Part shown: in pieces, positions 45,539-55,609 of the stretch | Layout: each line of letters opens with the position of its first letter | How positions within the stretch are numbered: position 1 is the stretch's first letter | Origin: Myxococcales bacterium | GTDB taxonomy: Bacteria > Myxococcota_A > UBA9042 > JABWCM01 > BTVJ01 | Assembly (NCBI GenBank): GCA_045863395.1 | Contig: BTVJ01000005.1 | Coordinates: 73,467-137,466 of the forward strand | Direction of reading: 5' to 3' | DNA length: 64,000 nt | Notes under the pieces: model-generated | What the model saw: only the letters and a program-made list of their open reading frames with translations | Told to the model about the DNA's origin: nothing | Database searches by the model: none | Position numbers and translations under genes: made by a program

Positions 45539-48500
45539 TCAGTTGGCCCCGTAGCTATAGGTGTGGTGCATACCACGCACCAGCTCGAGGCGGCCGATCA
45601 GGAACTGCAGGTTCGAGAAGTAGTACTCGTTCTGCAGAAGCTCCAGGTTGATCTGGCCGGTCTGCGGGTTCACATAGGACTGGAAGGCGGCCTTGGCATC
45701 CTTCACCAGCTCGTAGGCCGCATCGAAGTCGCTGCCATCTCCCACCCGAGCTGCCTGGTAGATCTTGCCGCTGAGCGGATCCTCGAACTCCACGATGTCG
45801 GTGCCGGGGGCGAAGGACACGCAGTCACCGCCGCCCTTGAGACACAGACGAGACGTGTCCATGAAGCTCAGGTCGAGGTTGTTGACCATCAGGGACATGC
45901 CGTAATAGGCCGCAAGCATCGGGATGCGATAGCGCGCGTTGGGGAAGGTCGACTTCGCCTCAGGGTTCAGCGCGATCGGGCAGTTGGCCGGCGACACGTC
46001 CTGGAAGTAGTCACGACGTGCCACGCTCGACACCTTCCCCTGCTCGTTGGTGCACACCCACCAGCCGAAGGTGCTCTCCTTGCTGGTCATGAGGCCGCCC
46101 ATGACGCGCATCATCTGCTTCGGGAACACCGAGTAGTAGCTGACCCGGAAGCGCTGCTGGTCCTGCGCCGTCTCCGTCCACGGGAACGAGGTCGTGGTCG
46201 GGTCCGTCAGGTTCACGAACGCGGCGAGGCGATCATAGATGGCCCCCGAGCGCCACGGCGTGTACAGGTAGCCCTGGAAGTTGAAGGCGTTGTACATCGG
46301 CCGCGCGCCTGACTCCTGGAGCACCCAGGCCTGGTTGATGTACTGGGAGTTGTCCAGGTTGAACAGCGGCTCGTACTTGCCGCTGGTCTGGTTCTGGCCG
46401 TAGCGACCCTCCTCCGGGCGGCCGAAGGCGTTGGCCATCGTGTTGAAGGCGTCATAGGCGGCAACGGTCGCGGACAGGCCGCCGTTGATGTCCTGGTCCC
46501 AGGGCACGCCGTTGCCGACGTTCTTGGCCCACCAGTTGTCCTTGTTGTAGTGGACCATCCCCTGGACCCAGTACTGGAACTGGCGCCGCATCTCGCCGAA
46601 GTACCGCTGAACGCCGTTGTAGTAGCTCTCGGGCCACCACGTGACCTGGTCGTGGGAGTAGCCGGAGAACGGCCAGTAGTTCTCGTAGGACTCCGCGGAG
46701 TTACGGACGATCTCGAAGGCGTCGACGCCCTCGTCGAAGACCTGGCAGGTGGGCGTGCGCCCCGTGAGCTCGTCTGAGCAGAAGCGGTAGGGCACCAAGA
46801 CGCGCCCCTGCGCCTTGGCGGCGTCCTCGGGCAGCACCTCGCGGTCGAACATCGCCTTGACGCTGTCACCGAAGAACTTCGGGTAGTTGGTGTAGTGCAC
46901 CTTCTTGAACGCGTCCTCGAGTGGGTCGCCGGACGGGACCACGACCGTGGTGTTGCCGGGCTGTGTGGCGTCGGGCTCCAGCATGTATGGCTTGAGGAGG
47001 TCCTTGTCGGGCTCGGTCTTGAAGACCTCGACCACCTTGCCATACCCGTACATGATGGCGGCCTTGTCGTAGTGCCCCAGACCGTCGAAGCGGCCATTGA
47101 ACTTCGCCGTGTAGTCCATCACGGTGGCGCTCTGCTTCTGGCGCAGGTTGTTGAGCGCCTGCTCCTCCGTGTCCATCTGCCACAGGTTGACCGGGTGCAG
47201 GTGCCCGTCTGCGCCCTGGTGCATCTTCAGATCCCAGAAGGACTCGTGGAAGTTCAGCGCATCGGTTGACGCCTCGAAGTTGTGGCGCAGGCCCAGGGTG
47301 TGGCCGATCTCGTGGAGCTGGACGCCCTTGTAGATGCGCTGCCACAGCTCGATCCGGATGCGCTCCCGCAGGGAGTCGAGCTTGCCGCGGAAGGCCTTCA
47401 CGGCCGCCGCCAGCTCGGGCTGCTCCGTATCCCAGTACAGCGGGCTCGTCGGGCGCGTCGCCGCGTTGGGGTTCGTCGCCTCGATGTCCTCCACCTTCAG
47501 CCGCATCTGGTCCAGAAGCTTCTTGACGCTGCAGGAGTTGACCCAGTAGTTGCCGCTCGCCTCCCCGCTGGAGTTCAGCTCCTTCGACAGGGTCTTGCAC
47601 ACCCAGCCGTCGGCGTTGACCGCGCCGACCTTCTCGCATGTGCCCTTCACCTTGTTGAAGGCGCTCCAGTCGAGAATTCCCGGGAACTGGCCCTTGAAGT
47701 CGGAGCAGAAGGCCTGGTCGTACAGCGCCCCATACTCGCGGACCAGACCCATGATGGCCGTGTCGGCGAAGGACTGCAGGTAGATGTTCTGCGCAGCGTG
47801 GTCTCGCTCATAGCGCATGCGCTTCTCTTGGCCCTGGACGCTGGCCCACTTGCGAAGCGCGAGGGTCTCGAGCAGCTCGGTCCCCACGTCCTCACCCTGG
47901 GCCTGCATGGGGGCGCGGAACAGTGACTTCACGTCGTCGCCGAGCATGAGCTGCTCCACCTCGGGCATGCTCTTGATCATGTCGAGGCGGGACTGAGCGA
48001 AGTTGTTGTCGGTCGGGAGGCCCACCTGAGCGAGCGTCTCGCGCAGCTCCGGGGTGACCACCAGGTTCGCGATCTTCTGCACCTCAGAGGAGGTGTAGCC
48101 ACCGCGGACGCCGGCCGCCCGGAGACGCTTGCCAGTCTGGCCCTTCTCGATGTAGACGCCGCTCTCGATCTCACGGAAGTCGCGCACGCCCGCCATCATC
48201 TCGATGGTCGCAACGGCCCGCTCGGCGCCGAGCTTCATGGCCGCCACATAGGAGTGCGAGTTGACGGAGATCGCCTCGCCGGTGACCGGGTCGGTGTTGC
48301 TCGGCCCGTAACCGTAGAGGCCGTAGCTGATGGGCTCGACGACCGCCGACATCAGGCTGTACCGGAGGTCTCCGCGGCGCTTCGGGCGGTCCATGTCCTT
48401 GCAGAACTTCGCGTTCGGGTTGGTGGAGTCCTCCTTCCAGGTCGCCGTCGGGTGACCCGCCTCCTCTGCCACCATCGCCTCGGCGGCGCTGTTCTCGCAG

Positions 48501-49711
48501 AGGATGAACATGTCGTGGTCGGGGGCCGAGCCCTTCAGAGCCTTGACCGTCGCAACGAAGGCCTCGTTCCACTCCTCCGCCATCTCGATGCTCGGCGTGA
48601 CCAGCTCGCGGGGGAAGTTCTCCGAGAGGTAGTACACGATGGGCTTCGGGGTCATCTTGGAGTAGTCAGGCTTACCGCTGGCGTCGAGCGTCCAGTTGGA
48701 CCAGATGTTGTGGCGGCTGATCTTGTTGCTCTGACCGGTGAAGGTCACACCTCGCAGCTCATCGTAGGTCAGCCTGTCCGCGCGGAAGTAGCCGAACTTC
48801 TGCATGTCGACGTCGTCGTAGTCCTGGCCCTTGTAGTCCGGCTCGACGAAGCGCTTGAACGACGAGCGGACCTTGATCAGCTCGCTGGCGCACTCGAACA
48901 CCTGGCCGGCGTACCAGGGATAGAACCAGCACAGGGGGACGGTGCCGAACCCCGGATAGGGCGTCGTCGGAGCAGCCAGCAGGCCCGTCATCACCGAGTC
49001 GAAGTAGACGAGCTTCTCCGCCCCTTCCTCGCCCTCGTACTGGAACACGGGCTGCTCCGTGGGATCGGCTCCCTGACCGTTGAACACTGCGCCGTTGCCC
49101 GCCTCCGAGGCGCTTGTGTAGGGCCGAAGGTCCCGCCCGTCACCGGTGTTGACCCAGTCGACGCGGAAGTACTCGCGCTCCCACCACTCCTGGTCGCTAC
49201 CGTTCTCGACGAGGACGTTCATCTCCTCGCCCGTGGTCGGGTTGTACTGACGCTGGATGTCGAAGTGGGAGATGATCGGGTAGCTCGCCACGGGAGCCCC
49301 GCGGTAGATGTAGACCGGGGCCTGCATCTCAACGCCATTCACCTTGACGGTCCGGGTGACGATCTTCCCGTCCTCACCGAGGAGCGGGGTGTCCACGTCG
49401 GCGCTCTGCCCGAACGCCTCCGTGCCCTCGACGAACTCGTAGGTGCGGTAGAAGATCAGGCTGTGCTCCTGGACCTCGAACACACCGCGCTCGAGCTGGC
49501 CCTGGTAGCCCGGGAAGGTGTACGCCGAGGTGTACGGCGCCTGGATCACCGTCTCCTGGAAGTACCACTCGCCCTTCAGGTCCGCCTTCTTGATGTAGTC
49601 GGGCTGGACCCGGTTGATCTCGGGCTGATTCTGGGCACAGGCCCCGACCAGCGCCGCCAGGGCCATGGCGGCCAGGAGGCGCGCACCGACTCCCTTGGTC
49701 ATGCTTCCCAT
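45539..49711 (-). CDS. Large lipoprotein, metzincin-type Zn metalloprotease (~1390 aa)
   Basis: Lipobox VGA-C, HEIGHTLGLRH (47282-47314) and Met-turn TVMDY. Alternative in-frame start at 49747. Confidence 0.85.
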   Translation of the reverse strand: MGSMTKGVGARLLAAMALAALVGACAQNQPEINRVQPDYIKKADLKGEWYFQETVIQAPYTSAYTFPGYQGQLERGVFEVQEHSLIFYRTYEFVEGTEAFGQSADVDTPLLGEDGKIVTRTVKVNGVEMQAPVYIYRGAPVASYPIISHFDIQRQYNPTTGEEMNVLVENGSDQEWWEREYFRVDWVNTGDGRDLRPYTSASEAGNGAVFNGQGADPTEQPVFQYEGEEGAEKLVYFDSVMTGLLAAPTTPYPGFGTVPLCWFYPWYAGQVFECASELIKVRSSFKRFVEPDYKGQDYDDVDMQKFGYFRADRLTYDELRGVTFTGQSNKISRHNIWSNWTLDASGKPDYSKMTPKPIVYYLSENFPRELVTPSIEMAEEWNEAFVATVKALKGSAPDHDMFILCENSAAEAMVAEEAGHPTATWKEDSTNPNAKFCKDMDRPKRRGDLRYSLMSAVVEPISYGLYGYGPSNTDPVTGEAISVNSHSYVAAMKLGAERAVATIEMMAGVRDFREIESGVYIEKGQTGKRLRAAGVRGGYTSSEVQKIANLVVTPELRETLAQVGLPTDNNFAQSRLDMIKSMPEVEQLMLGDDVKSLFRAPMQAQGEDVGTELLETLALRKWASVQGQEKRMRYERDHAAQNIYLQSFADTAIMGLVREYGALYDQAFCSDFKGQFPGILDWSAFNKVKGTCEKVGAVNADGWVCKTLSKELNSSGEASGNYWVNSCSVKKLLDQMRLKVEDIEATNPNAATRPTSPLYWDTEQPELAAAVKAFRGKLDSLRERIRIELWQRIYKGVQLHEIGHTLGLRHNFEASTDALNFHESFWDLKMHQGADGHLHPVNLWQMDTEEQALNNLRQKQSATVMDYTAKFNGRFDGLGHYDKAAIMYGYGKVVEVFKTEPDKDLLKPYMLEPDATQPGNTTVVVPSGDPLEDAFKKVHYTNYPKFFGDSVKAMFDREVLPEDAAKAQGRVLVPYRFCSDELTGRTPTCQVFDEGVDAFEIVRNSAESYENYWPFSGYSHDQVTWWPESYYNGVQRYFGEMRRQFQYWVQGMVHYNKDNWWAKNVGNGVPWDQDINGGLSATVAAYDAFNTMANAFGRPEEGRYGQNQTSGKYEPLFNLDNSQYINQAWVLQESGARPMYNAFNFQGYLYTPWRSGAIYDRLAAFVNLTDPTTTSFPWTETAQDQQRFRVSYYSVFPKQMMRVMGGLMTSKESTFGWWVCTNEQGKVSSVARRDYFQDVSPANCPIALNPEAKSTFPNARYRIPMLAAYYGMSLMVNNLDLSFMDTSRLCLKGGGDCVSFAPGTDIVEFEDPLSGKIYQAARVGDGSDFDAAYELVKDAKAAFQSYVNPQTGQINLELLQNEYYFSNLQFLIGRLELVRGMHHTYSYGAN

Positions 49712-49772
49712 CTTCGTTCCTCCATCGAGCCGAAAGGTCGCGTTCATTGTGTTCCTCCTCAGTCCGGCTCGA

Positions 49773-52700
49773 CTAGTAGCGGATGACGCCAAGAGTCGCG
49801 TTGAGCTCGCGCAGCACGTCGAGCACCTCGACGAGCTCCTTGAGCTGCGATGCGTACATTGCAGCCTCGACGTCGGTCGCGGCTGCGGCCCAGGCGGTCT
49901 TGAGGGCGTTGGCCTGATCGACGATGCGCGCCGCGACCGCCAGACGGTTGGCGTCGTAGCGAGGCACGATCGCCAGGTAGGTCTTGTTGCTGAACGGATC
50001 CGTGAACTTCTTCCACTCCATGCCAGGCGCGAGCTGGTAGTCGCTGGCGTTACCCTCGAGGACCACCGCCATGCTGTCGGTGACGCTGGGGTCGAACCCG
50101 GCAGGCAGGGTCGCCAGGGCGACCACTGCGGACAGGGTCTTGAACGACAGCGTGGAGATGGACGGCTGCACGAGCGGCATGTTGGACTGCGCCTGCGGAT
50201 TGAACGCCGACCGAGGGCGGTACTCCAGGCGACCCGTCTTGGGCTCCGCCTCGACCACGCCGGCCCACTGCTCCCAGGCGTCGGCCACCACGCCTCCGAA
50301 GAGGTTGGTGAGCTCCCGCGGGTAGGCGGTGACGAAGCCGATGGCCGAGGAGACGCCGATGTCGAGCGCCTCGCCCACGTAGTCCGACAGGAAGCTGATG
50401 CTCGCGTCGGTCAGGGTCTGCATCGCGGCGAGCTTCTCCCAGTAGGCGCCCGCCCACAGCGGGTGCTGGAAGGCGTAGTAGCCGTAGCTCGTGTCAAACG
50501 TGGTCCAGGGGAACTTGCCCTGGCCGATGGGCACGACCAGTGTGTCCTCGTCGTCCGTCGGTGTCGTGTCGTAGGACACGTTGACGTAGGTGTTGGTCTC
50601 CGGATCCAGCTCGTAGCGACCGGGGGCCGGCGAGGCGATGAGCTGGTGCAGGAACTGATACGCCATGTTCGCGGAGGTGCGGAAGTAGCCGCCGCTCATC
50701 GGCTGGCGCGAGAAGTTCTTCCAGAAGTTGAGCTCCGCGAACAGGTTCTCGTAGAGCGCGAAGTACAGGCCTGACAGACGCAGCGGGTTCATCCACCGGT
50801 CCATGATGCGGGCGTAGTAGCTGTAGCTCGCGTTGCCCCACCCGAAGCCGAAGCGCTCGCGCTGGAAGGCGTCGAAGATGTAGTACATCGTCAACATCTC
50901 CATCGCGTGGTACGTGACCTCGACCGAATCGGCGCCGGTGTCGAAGTACAGGCAGCCACCGTTGCCCCGGTACTCGTCCGAGCAGAAGTCGTAGGGGACC
51001 TCGATGTAGGTGTCCCAGTAGTTCTCGCTGTTGTAGTCGTAGTTCATGTCGCGGGACAGCTTCACCTGCTGGAACGGCACCGTGACGCGGTTGCTGCTCA
51101 GGTTGGCGTCCACCGTGATGACGTAGTTCAAGAAGAAGAACGGGTGATACAGCGTGTTCGCCCAGATGCTGCTGTCCTTCGTGAAGCTCGAGAACTTGAG
51201 AGGCGTGTCACCGAAGTACGGGGCGCCCTTCTCCGTGAAGTCGTTCAGCATGCTCACATCCTGGTAGACCTCCACCAGGTCGCCGTAGCCGAACTTGATC
51301 GCGGCATAGTCGTACTTGCCGAGCCCGTGGATGTCCGCGTTGATCTTCTGGCCATAGTCCATGACCGTGCTGAGCTGGTACTCAGTCCTGCGCTTCTCCA
51401 TCTCACCCAGGGTCTGGTGGCCACGCGACACGATGGCCTTGCTGATCTTCCAGCAAGACGTGCTGCCGGTCGCGCCCGGATCGGCACAGATTCCGCCCTC
51501 CCCGCAGTCACCAGCCGTGGTGCACTTCGAGACGACCGCCGGATCGAACGTCGCCACGCCGCTTGCGGGCTCGCAGCGGTCAGACTTGCAGGTCTGGCCC
51601 TCGGCGCAGTCTCCGTCAAGACCGCAGTATCCCTTGAGGACGCAGCTCTCCGCCTTGGCGTCCCAGGTTGGCACAAGGTCACCACCCTTCACCTTGGCCA
51701 GGTCCGGGCTGCAGCTTGCCTTCGACAGGCCAACCTGTGCGGGGGCAACACACTGCCCCATGGGGTCACCCACCTCCGGGTCGATGCACGTACCGCTTAC
51801 GCAGAGGGTGCCCTCGGCGCAGTCCCCATCCGCCTGGCAGGCCGTGTAGCACTCCTCGCCACGAGCGAAGTTGCAGCCCGTGACATCGAGGCAGCGCACC
51901 GCATCACGCTCGCGGATGGAGTAGTACTTGTCGTCGAAGTTGAAGATGTCGTTGGAGGCGGCAAAGTTGTGCCGGAGCCCCATCGTGTGGCCAACCTCGT
52001 GCTCCAGCACGCCACCGTAGATGCGGGCGGTGAGCACCAGGTGCAGCGCCTCGCCCTCGAGACAGTACCCTTCCGGCACGACCTCCTGGCCAGTCGCGGC
52101 GAGGTTCTCGTCGATGAGCGCGACCGCCTCGCTGACGCTCGTCACGGGCTGAGCGCCGGCCTTCTTGGCCTCCGCCGAGCAGCCGATCTCCTTGCTGAGG
52201 CCGTAGATGGCGCCATCCATGAAGTCGGGCATGTAGACGCAGTTCTCGCTCTTCGTGAGCAGCGCCATGCGCTGCTGCTCCTGGCGCAGGGCATTCGTGC
52301 CGAGCCAGTTCATGGGTGACACGGCGTCCGCGAACTGGTCGTCCATCGGGTCACCCGGGAGGATTGCGCCGGAGGACATGGTCATCTTGACCTCGTCGTT
52401 GACCAGCAGCGCCTCGATACGGGAGCCCTTCAGTTTCTCCAGTGCGATCTCCAGAGGACTCTTCTGTGCCGCGGCCAGAGGGTTGTTCATGGCACGGAAC
52501 CGATACTTGGGGCTCATTCCGTACGTCCGGACCTGGCCTAGCAGGTCCTGTCCGTCGCCCGACCACGCCGTGAGCGGGTTCGGCCCGCTGACGGCGGCGT
52601 CATCTCCCTCGGCGTCGTAGGTGTCACCGTCGGCGGTCGCATGACTCCCGGATGCCGAAGAGCCCAAGGTCAGCCCCTCGTAGAGCGAGGTGTAGTCCTC

Positions 52701-55553
52701 GGGGGAACGGGACGCCTTGATGGCGTCGATGGCGTCCTTGACGTACTTGCCGCTGATGGTGTCCTGGACCGACAGGTTGCCGTTCATCAGGTTGATCAGA
52801 TCCACGGCATACTGCCCGTAGGTGATCAGGCTGGCGCCGTAGATGTACGAGGATGCCCAGAAGGAGCGCCCGGTCTCCGGGTCAGCCGCCGTGGGGCCAT
52901 AGCCGAGCGGGCTGGCAGCCTGCGCCTCACCCACCCAGTACATCTGGTTGTAGCGCGAGTCGCCGATCTTCTTCAGCATACCGGGGTGCGCCACGTTGTC
53001 CTTGCACGGGTTTGAGATGGTCCCATCCTCGTTGCGCGTGGAGTAGCGACAGTCGTTGAGCTGCTTCATGTCGCCCATCTGAGCGTCCGAGCAGGAGTCG
53101 CCGGAGTAGATCGGCTCGCAGAGGACGAACATCTCCGGCAGCGCCTTCTTGATGTCCGCGACCTTGGCCTCCGCGGCGTCGTCGATGCGCGGTGACCAGC
53201 CGACACACTTGCCGACCGAGTTCTCGTGGAAGCAGGTGACGTCTCCCGGCACGCCGGCCACGACGGCGAGGATGCGGTTGATGCCACGCTTCGCCGGAAG
53301 AACGTAGGCTCCGACGTCGCCGAACTTGGAGTCGGTCCCGATGCGGGCCGCGTCCAGGCCGATGTCGAGCAGCTCGACTCCCTTGACGCCATTGATGAAG
53401 CGCACGCCCTGAGTCCGGTCCGCCGCGGTGGCGCTGATCGACGAAGTGGCCTTCACCACCGTGTCCCCGCCGATGAACGCGAACACGTAGGTCTTGCCCG
53501 CCTGCACCTGGACATTGTTCAGCTTGGCCAGGACCTTGCCGGAACCGTCGACCACCTCCAGGCGCCGCCACGTGGCCGGCTCAACGACCTCGTAGGGGTG
53601 CTTGGACGTGTCGCCCTTCGGATCGAGGTGCCCGGGTACGTCAGCCACCGCCGTTGCCGAGAACGCCACGTTGCTGAACAGCGGGACCTCGGACTTCGGC
53701 GCATCGCCCAGCTTGGCTGCCGGGTCGGTCAGGACCGCGCGCAGGCTGACCGTCGCGTCCTTCGTCCCGTTGACGAAGCGCACCGAGGACTGGTTCGAGC
53801 CAAGGGTCGCCGGGAAGATGCCGTCGGTGGTGCGAACGGAGGTCACGCCGCCCTTGCCGTCATCCACCAGAACGACGGTGTACGCACGGGGGTTCTTGAC
53901 GGAGGCGATGGGCTCGACTGCGGCGAGGCCGCCGTCGTCCAGGCACGTACCGTCCTTGCAGGCCATCCCGTAGGGGCACGGCGAGTTCACGCTGCACGCG
54001 ATTGTCTTGCCGCAGATGCAGTCACCCGGGGTCTTGCAGCTCCCGCCGCTGCCAGCGGTGGGGAGGCAGTCGCCGCCGTAGGCATTGCAGTCGGCTCCCG
54101 TCGAGCAGAGGATTTTGACCTCCTTGGAGGTGTCGACCGAGGTCTCGTGGAGGATGTCCGTGCGACCGCCGGTGCAGTCCGCGCTCGTCTCACAGGTGCG
54201 GGCGCCCAGGGCGCGGTCCGCCGGGCGGAGCAGGCCGAGGTCCTCGTGGAAATAGAGCCAGGCCACCGTCTCCTTGAACACGTCGGACCACCCGTCAGCC
54301 GCCTCATAGGCCTCGCGGATGAACGGGTGGACGACCTTGCGGGCCCCCTCGCTCAAAACGACTCGACCTCCGGCCCAGCCGACGAGGGCGCCCTCCTCGT
54401 CCAGCTCCGGCATCGCCGGGGCCAGCCCCGGGTGGCTCGTGCTGAGGTGGTACATGATCGGGTTCAGGCCCCGCTCCTTGTAGGGCAAGGGGGTGCCCAC
54501 CATGCAGCGGCCGTCCTCGAACCACTTCTCGGCGACACAGCGCTGGCCCTCGTCGCAGTCGACGTTGGTGATGCAGGCGATGGGCTTGCCATCCTTGCCG
54601 AAGGCGGGCTCGAACGTCTGGGACTTTCGCCAAAGGTTCCAGAGCTGGGCCTTGTAGTCGCGACCGCTCTCCGTCACTCCGTCGAAGTGGTCGTAGTCGT
54701 GGCGCTCCGCCTGGAAGTAGCCGAACTTCTCCTGGTGCTCGCGGTTGGTGTAGACCCGCGTGATGAAGTCGTCGTCGGGGAGCGCCATCTTGAAGCTGTG
54801 ACGCACCTTGACGATGGCGCCGGCGCAGTCGCCGGGAGCCTGGCCATAGGCAGCGCACGCATTGTAGCTGGGCGTCGCGAAGTACTTGGTCACGATGTCG
54901 AAGTAGTCCGCCTCGAAGGTCGGCGCATCGGGATTGAGCCCGTTCGCCTCCCAGTCCTGGACGTAATGGACGGGCTGGGCGGACGCGCTGCCGGTGATGA
55001 AGCCGGTCTCCCGCACCATCTCAGAGCCCCAGTCCACACGGACGTAGTCGCGGAGGTACCAGGGGCGGTCCGACGTGTTCTCCGAGATCACGTTGGTCTG
55101 CTCACCGGTCGCGGTGCTGTACTCGCGCTTGATGTCGAAGTGGCTCGTGATGGGCCACATGGCCACCGGCGAGCTCACGTAGACCTCGATGAACTCGTCG
55201 CGGCGGTCCTTGTCCCAGTAGCGGCGGATCTTCTGCTTGACGAGCTTGCCCTCCGAGCCCTTGACGGTCTCGAGGATGGGGTAGGCGACCAGCAGCTTCT
55301 CCTGGACGTCGAAGATGACCTTCGCGCTGTTGCCGAAGTTCGTCTCGCCCTGGAACGTGAAGGCCGAGCTGTACGGGATGTCGGAGACGGTCTTCACGTA
55401 GTACCAGACCCCGTGAAACTGCTCCTTGCTGAGCGAGTTCGCCTGGGTCCGGTCGATGTCGCCAACGTCCTGCACGCACGCCGCGACAGGGAACAACAGG
55501 GCCGCGAGCGTCGCCGCGACCAGGCCCTTCGAGGTGCCCTTGAACCACTTCAT
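49773..55553 (-). CDS. Large Cys-rich lipoprotein, metzincin-type Zn metalloprotease (~1926 aa)
   Basis: AGGAGG RBS before ATG 55553, lipobox VAA-C, HEVGHTMGLRH (51969-52001), TVMDY and CxxxxDC repeats. Confidence 0.85.
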   Translation of the reverse strand: MKWFKGTSKGLVAATLAALLFPVAACVQDVGDIDRTQANSLSKEQFHGVWYYVKTVSDIPYSSAFTFQGETNFGNSAKVIFDVQEKLLVAYPILETVKGSEGKLVKQKIRRYWDKDRRDEFIEVYVSSPVAMWPITSHFDIKREYSTATGEQTNVISENTSDRPWYLRDYVRVDWGSEMVRETGFITGSASAQPVHYVQDWEANGLNPDAPTFEADYFDIVTKYFATPSYNACAAYGQAPGDCAGAIVKVRHSFKMALPDDDFITRVYTNREHQEKFGYFQAERHDYDHFDGVTESGRDYKAQLWNLWRKSQTFEPAFGKDGKPIACITNVDCDEGQRCVAEKWFEDGRCMVGTPLPYKERGLNPIMYHLSTSHPGLAPAMPELDEEGALVGWAGGRVVLSEGARKVVHPFIREAYEAADGWSDVFKETVAWLYFHEDLGLLRPADRALGARTCETSADCTGGRTDILHETSVDTSKEVKILCSTGADCNAYGGDCLPTAGSGGSCKTPGDCICGKTIACSVNSPCPYGMACKDGTCLDDGGLAAVEPIASVKNPRAYTVVLVDDGKGGVTSVRTTDGIFPATLGSNQSSVRFVNGTKDATVSLRAVLTDPAAKLGDAPKSEVPLFSNVAFSATAVADVPGHLDPKGDTSKHPYEVVEPATWRRLEVVDGSGKVLAKLNNVQVQAGKTYVFAFIGGDTVVKATSSISATAADRTQGVRFINGVKGVELLDIGLDAARIGTDSKFGDVGAYVLPAKRGINRILAVVAGVPGDVTCFHENSVGKCVGWSPRIDDAAEAKVADIKKALPEMFVLCEPIYSGDSCSDAQMGDMKQLNDCRYSTRNEDGTISNPCKDNVAHPGMLKKIGDSRYNQMYWVGEAQAASPLGYGPTAADPETGRSFWASSYIYGASLITYGQYAVDLINLMNGNLSVQDTISGKYVKDAIDAIKASRSPEDYTSLYEGLTLGSSASGSHATADGDTYDAEGDDAAVSGPNPLTAWSGDGQDLLGQVRTYGMSPKYRFRAMNNPLAAAQKSPLEIALEKLKGSRIEALLVNDEVKMTMSSGAILPGDPMDDQFADAVSPMNWLGTNALRQEQQRMALLTKSENCVYMPDFMDGAIYGLSKEIGCSAEAKKAGAQPVTSVSEAVALIDENLAATGQEVVPEGYCLEGEALHLVLTARIYGGVLEHEVGHTMGLRHNFAASNDIFNFDDKYYSIRERDAVRCLDVTGCNFARGEECYTACQADGDCAEGTLCVSGTCIDPEVGDPMGQCVAPAQVGLSKASCSPDLAKVKGGDLVPTWDAKAESCVLKGYCGLDGDCAEGQTCKSDRCEPASGVATFDPAVVSKCTTAGDCGEGGICADPGATGSTSCWKISKAIVSRGHQTLGEMEKRRTEYQLSTVMDYGQKINADIHGLGKYDYAAIKFGYGDLVEVYQDVSMLNDFTEKGAPYFGDTPLKFSSFTKDSSIWANTLYHPFFFLNYVITVDANLSSNRVTVPFQQVKLSRDMNYDYNSENYWDTYIEVPYDFCSDEYRGNGGCLYFDTGADSVEVTYHAMEMLTMYYIFDAFQRERFGFGWGNASYSYYARIMDRWMNPLRLSGLYFALYENLFAELNFWKNFSRQPMSGGYFRTSANMAYQFLHQLIASPAPGRYELDPETNTYVNVSYDTTPTDDEDTLVVPIGQGKFPWTTFDTSYGYYAFQHPLWAGAYWEKLAAMQTLTDASISFLSDYVGEALDIGVSSAIGFVTAYPRELTNLFGGVVADAWEQWAGVVEAEPKTGRLEYRPRSAFNPQAQSNMPLVQPSISTLSFKTLSAVVALATLPAGFDPSVTDSMAVVLEGNASDYQLAPGMEWKKFTDPFSNKTYLAIVPRYDANRLAVAARIVDQANALKTAWAAAATDVEAAMYASQLKELVEVLDVLRELNATLGVIRY

Positions 55554-55609
55554 TCGCACTTTCCTCCTGTCGAGCACAGACCAGCCCCGAGCGGGGGCAG
55601 GGCCTCTGG

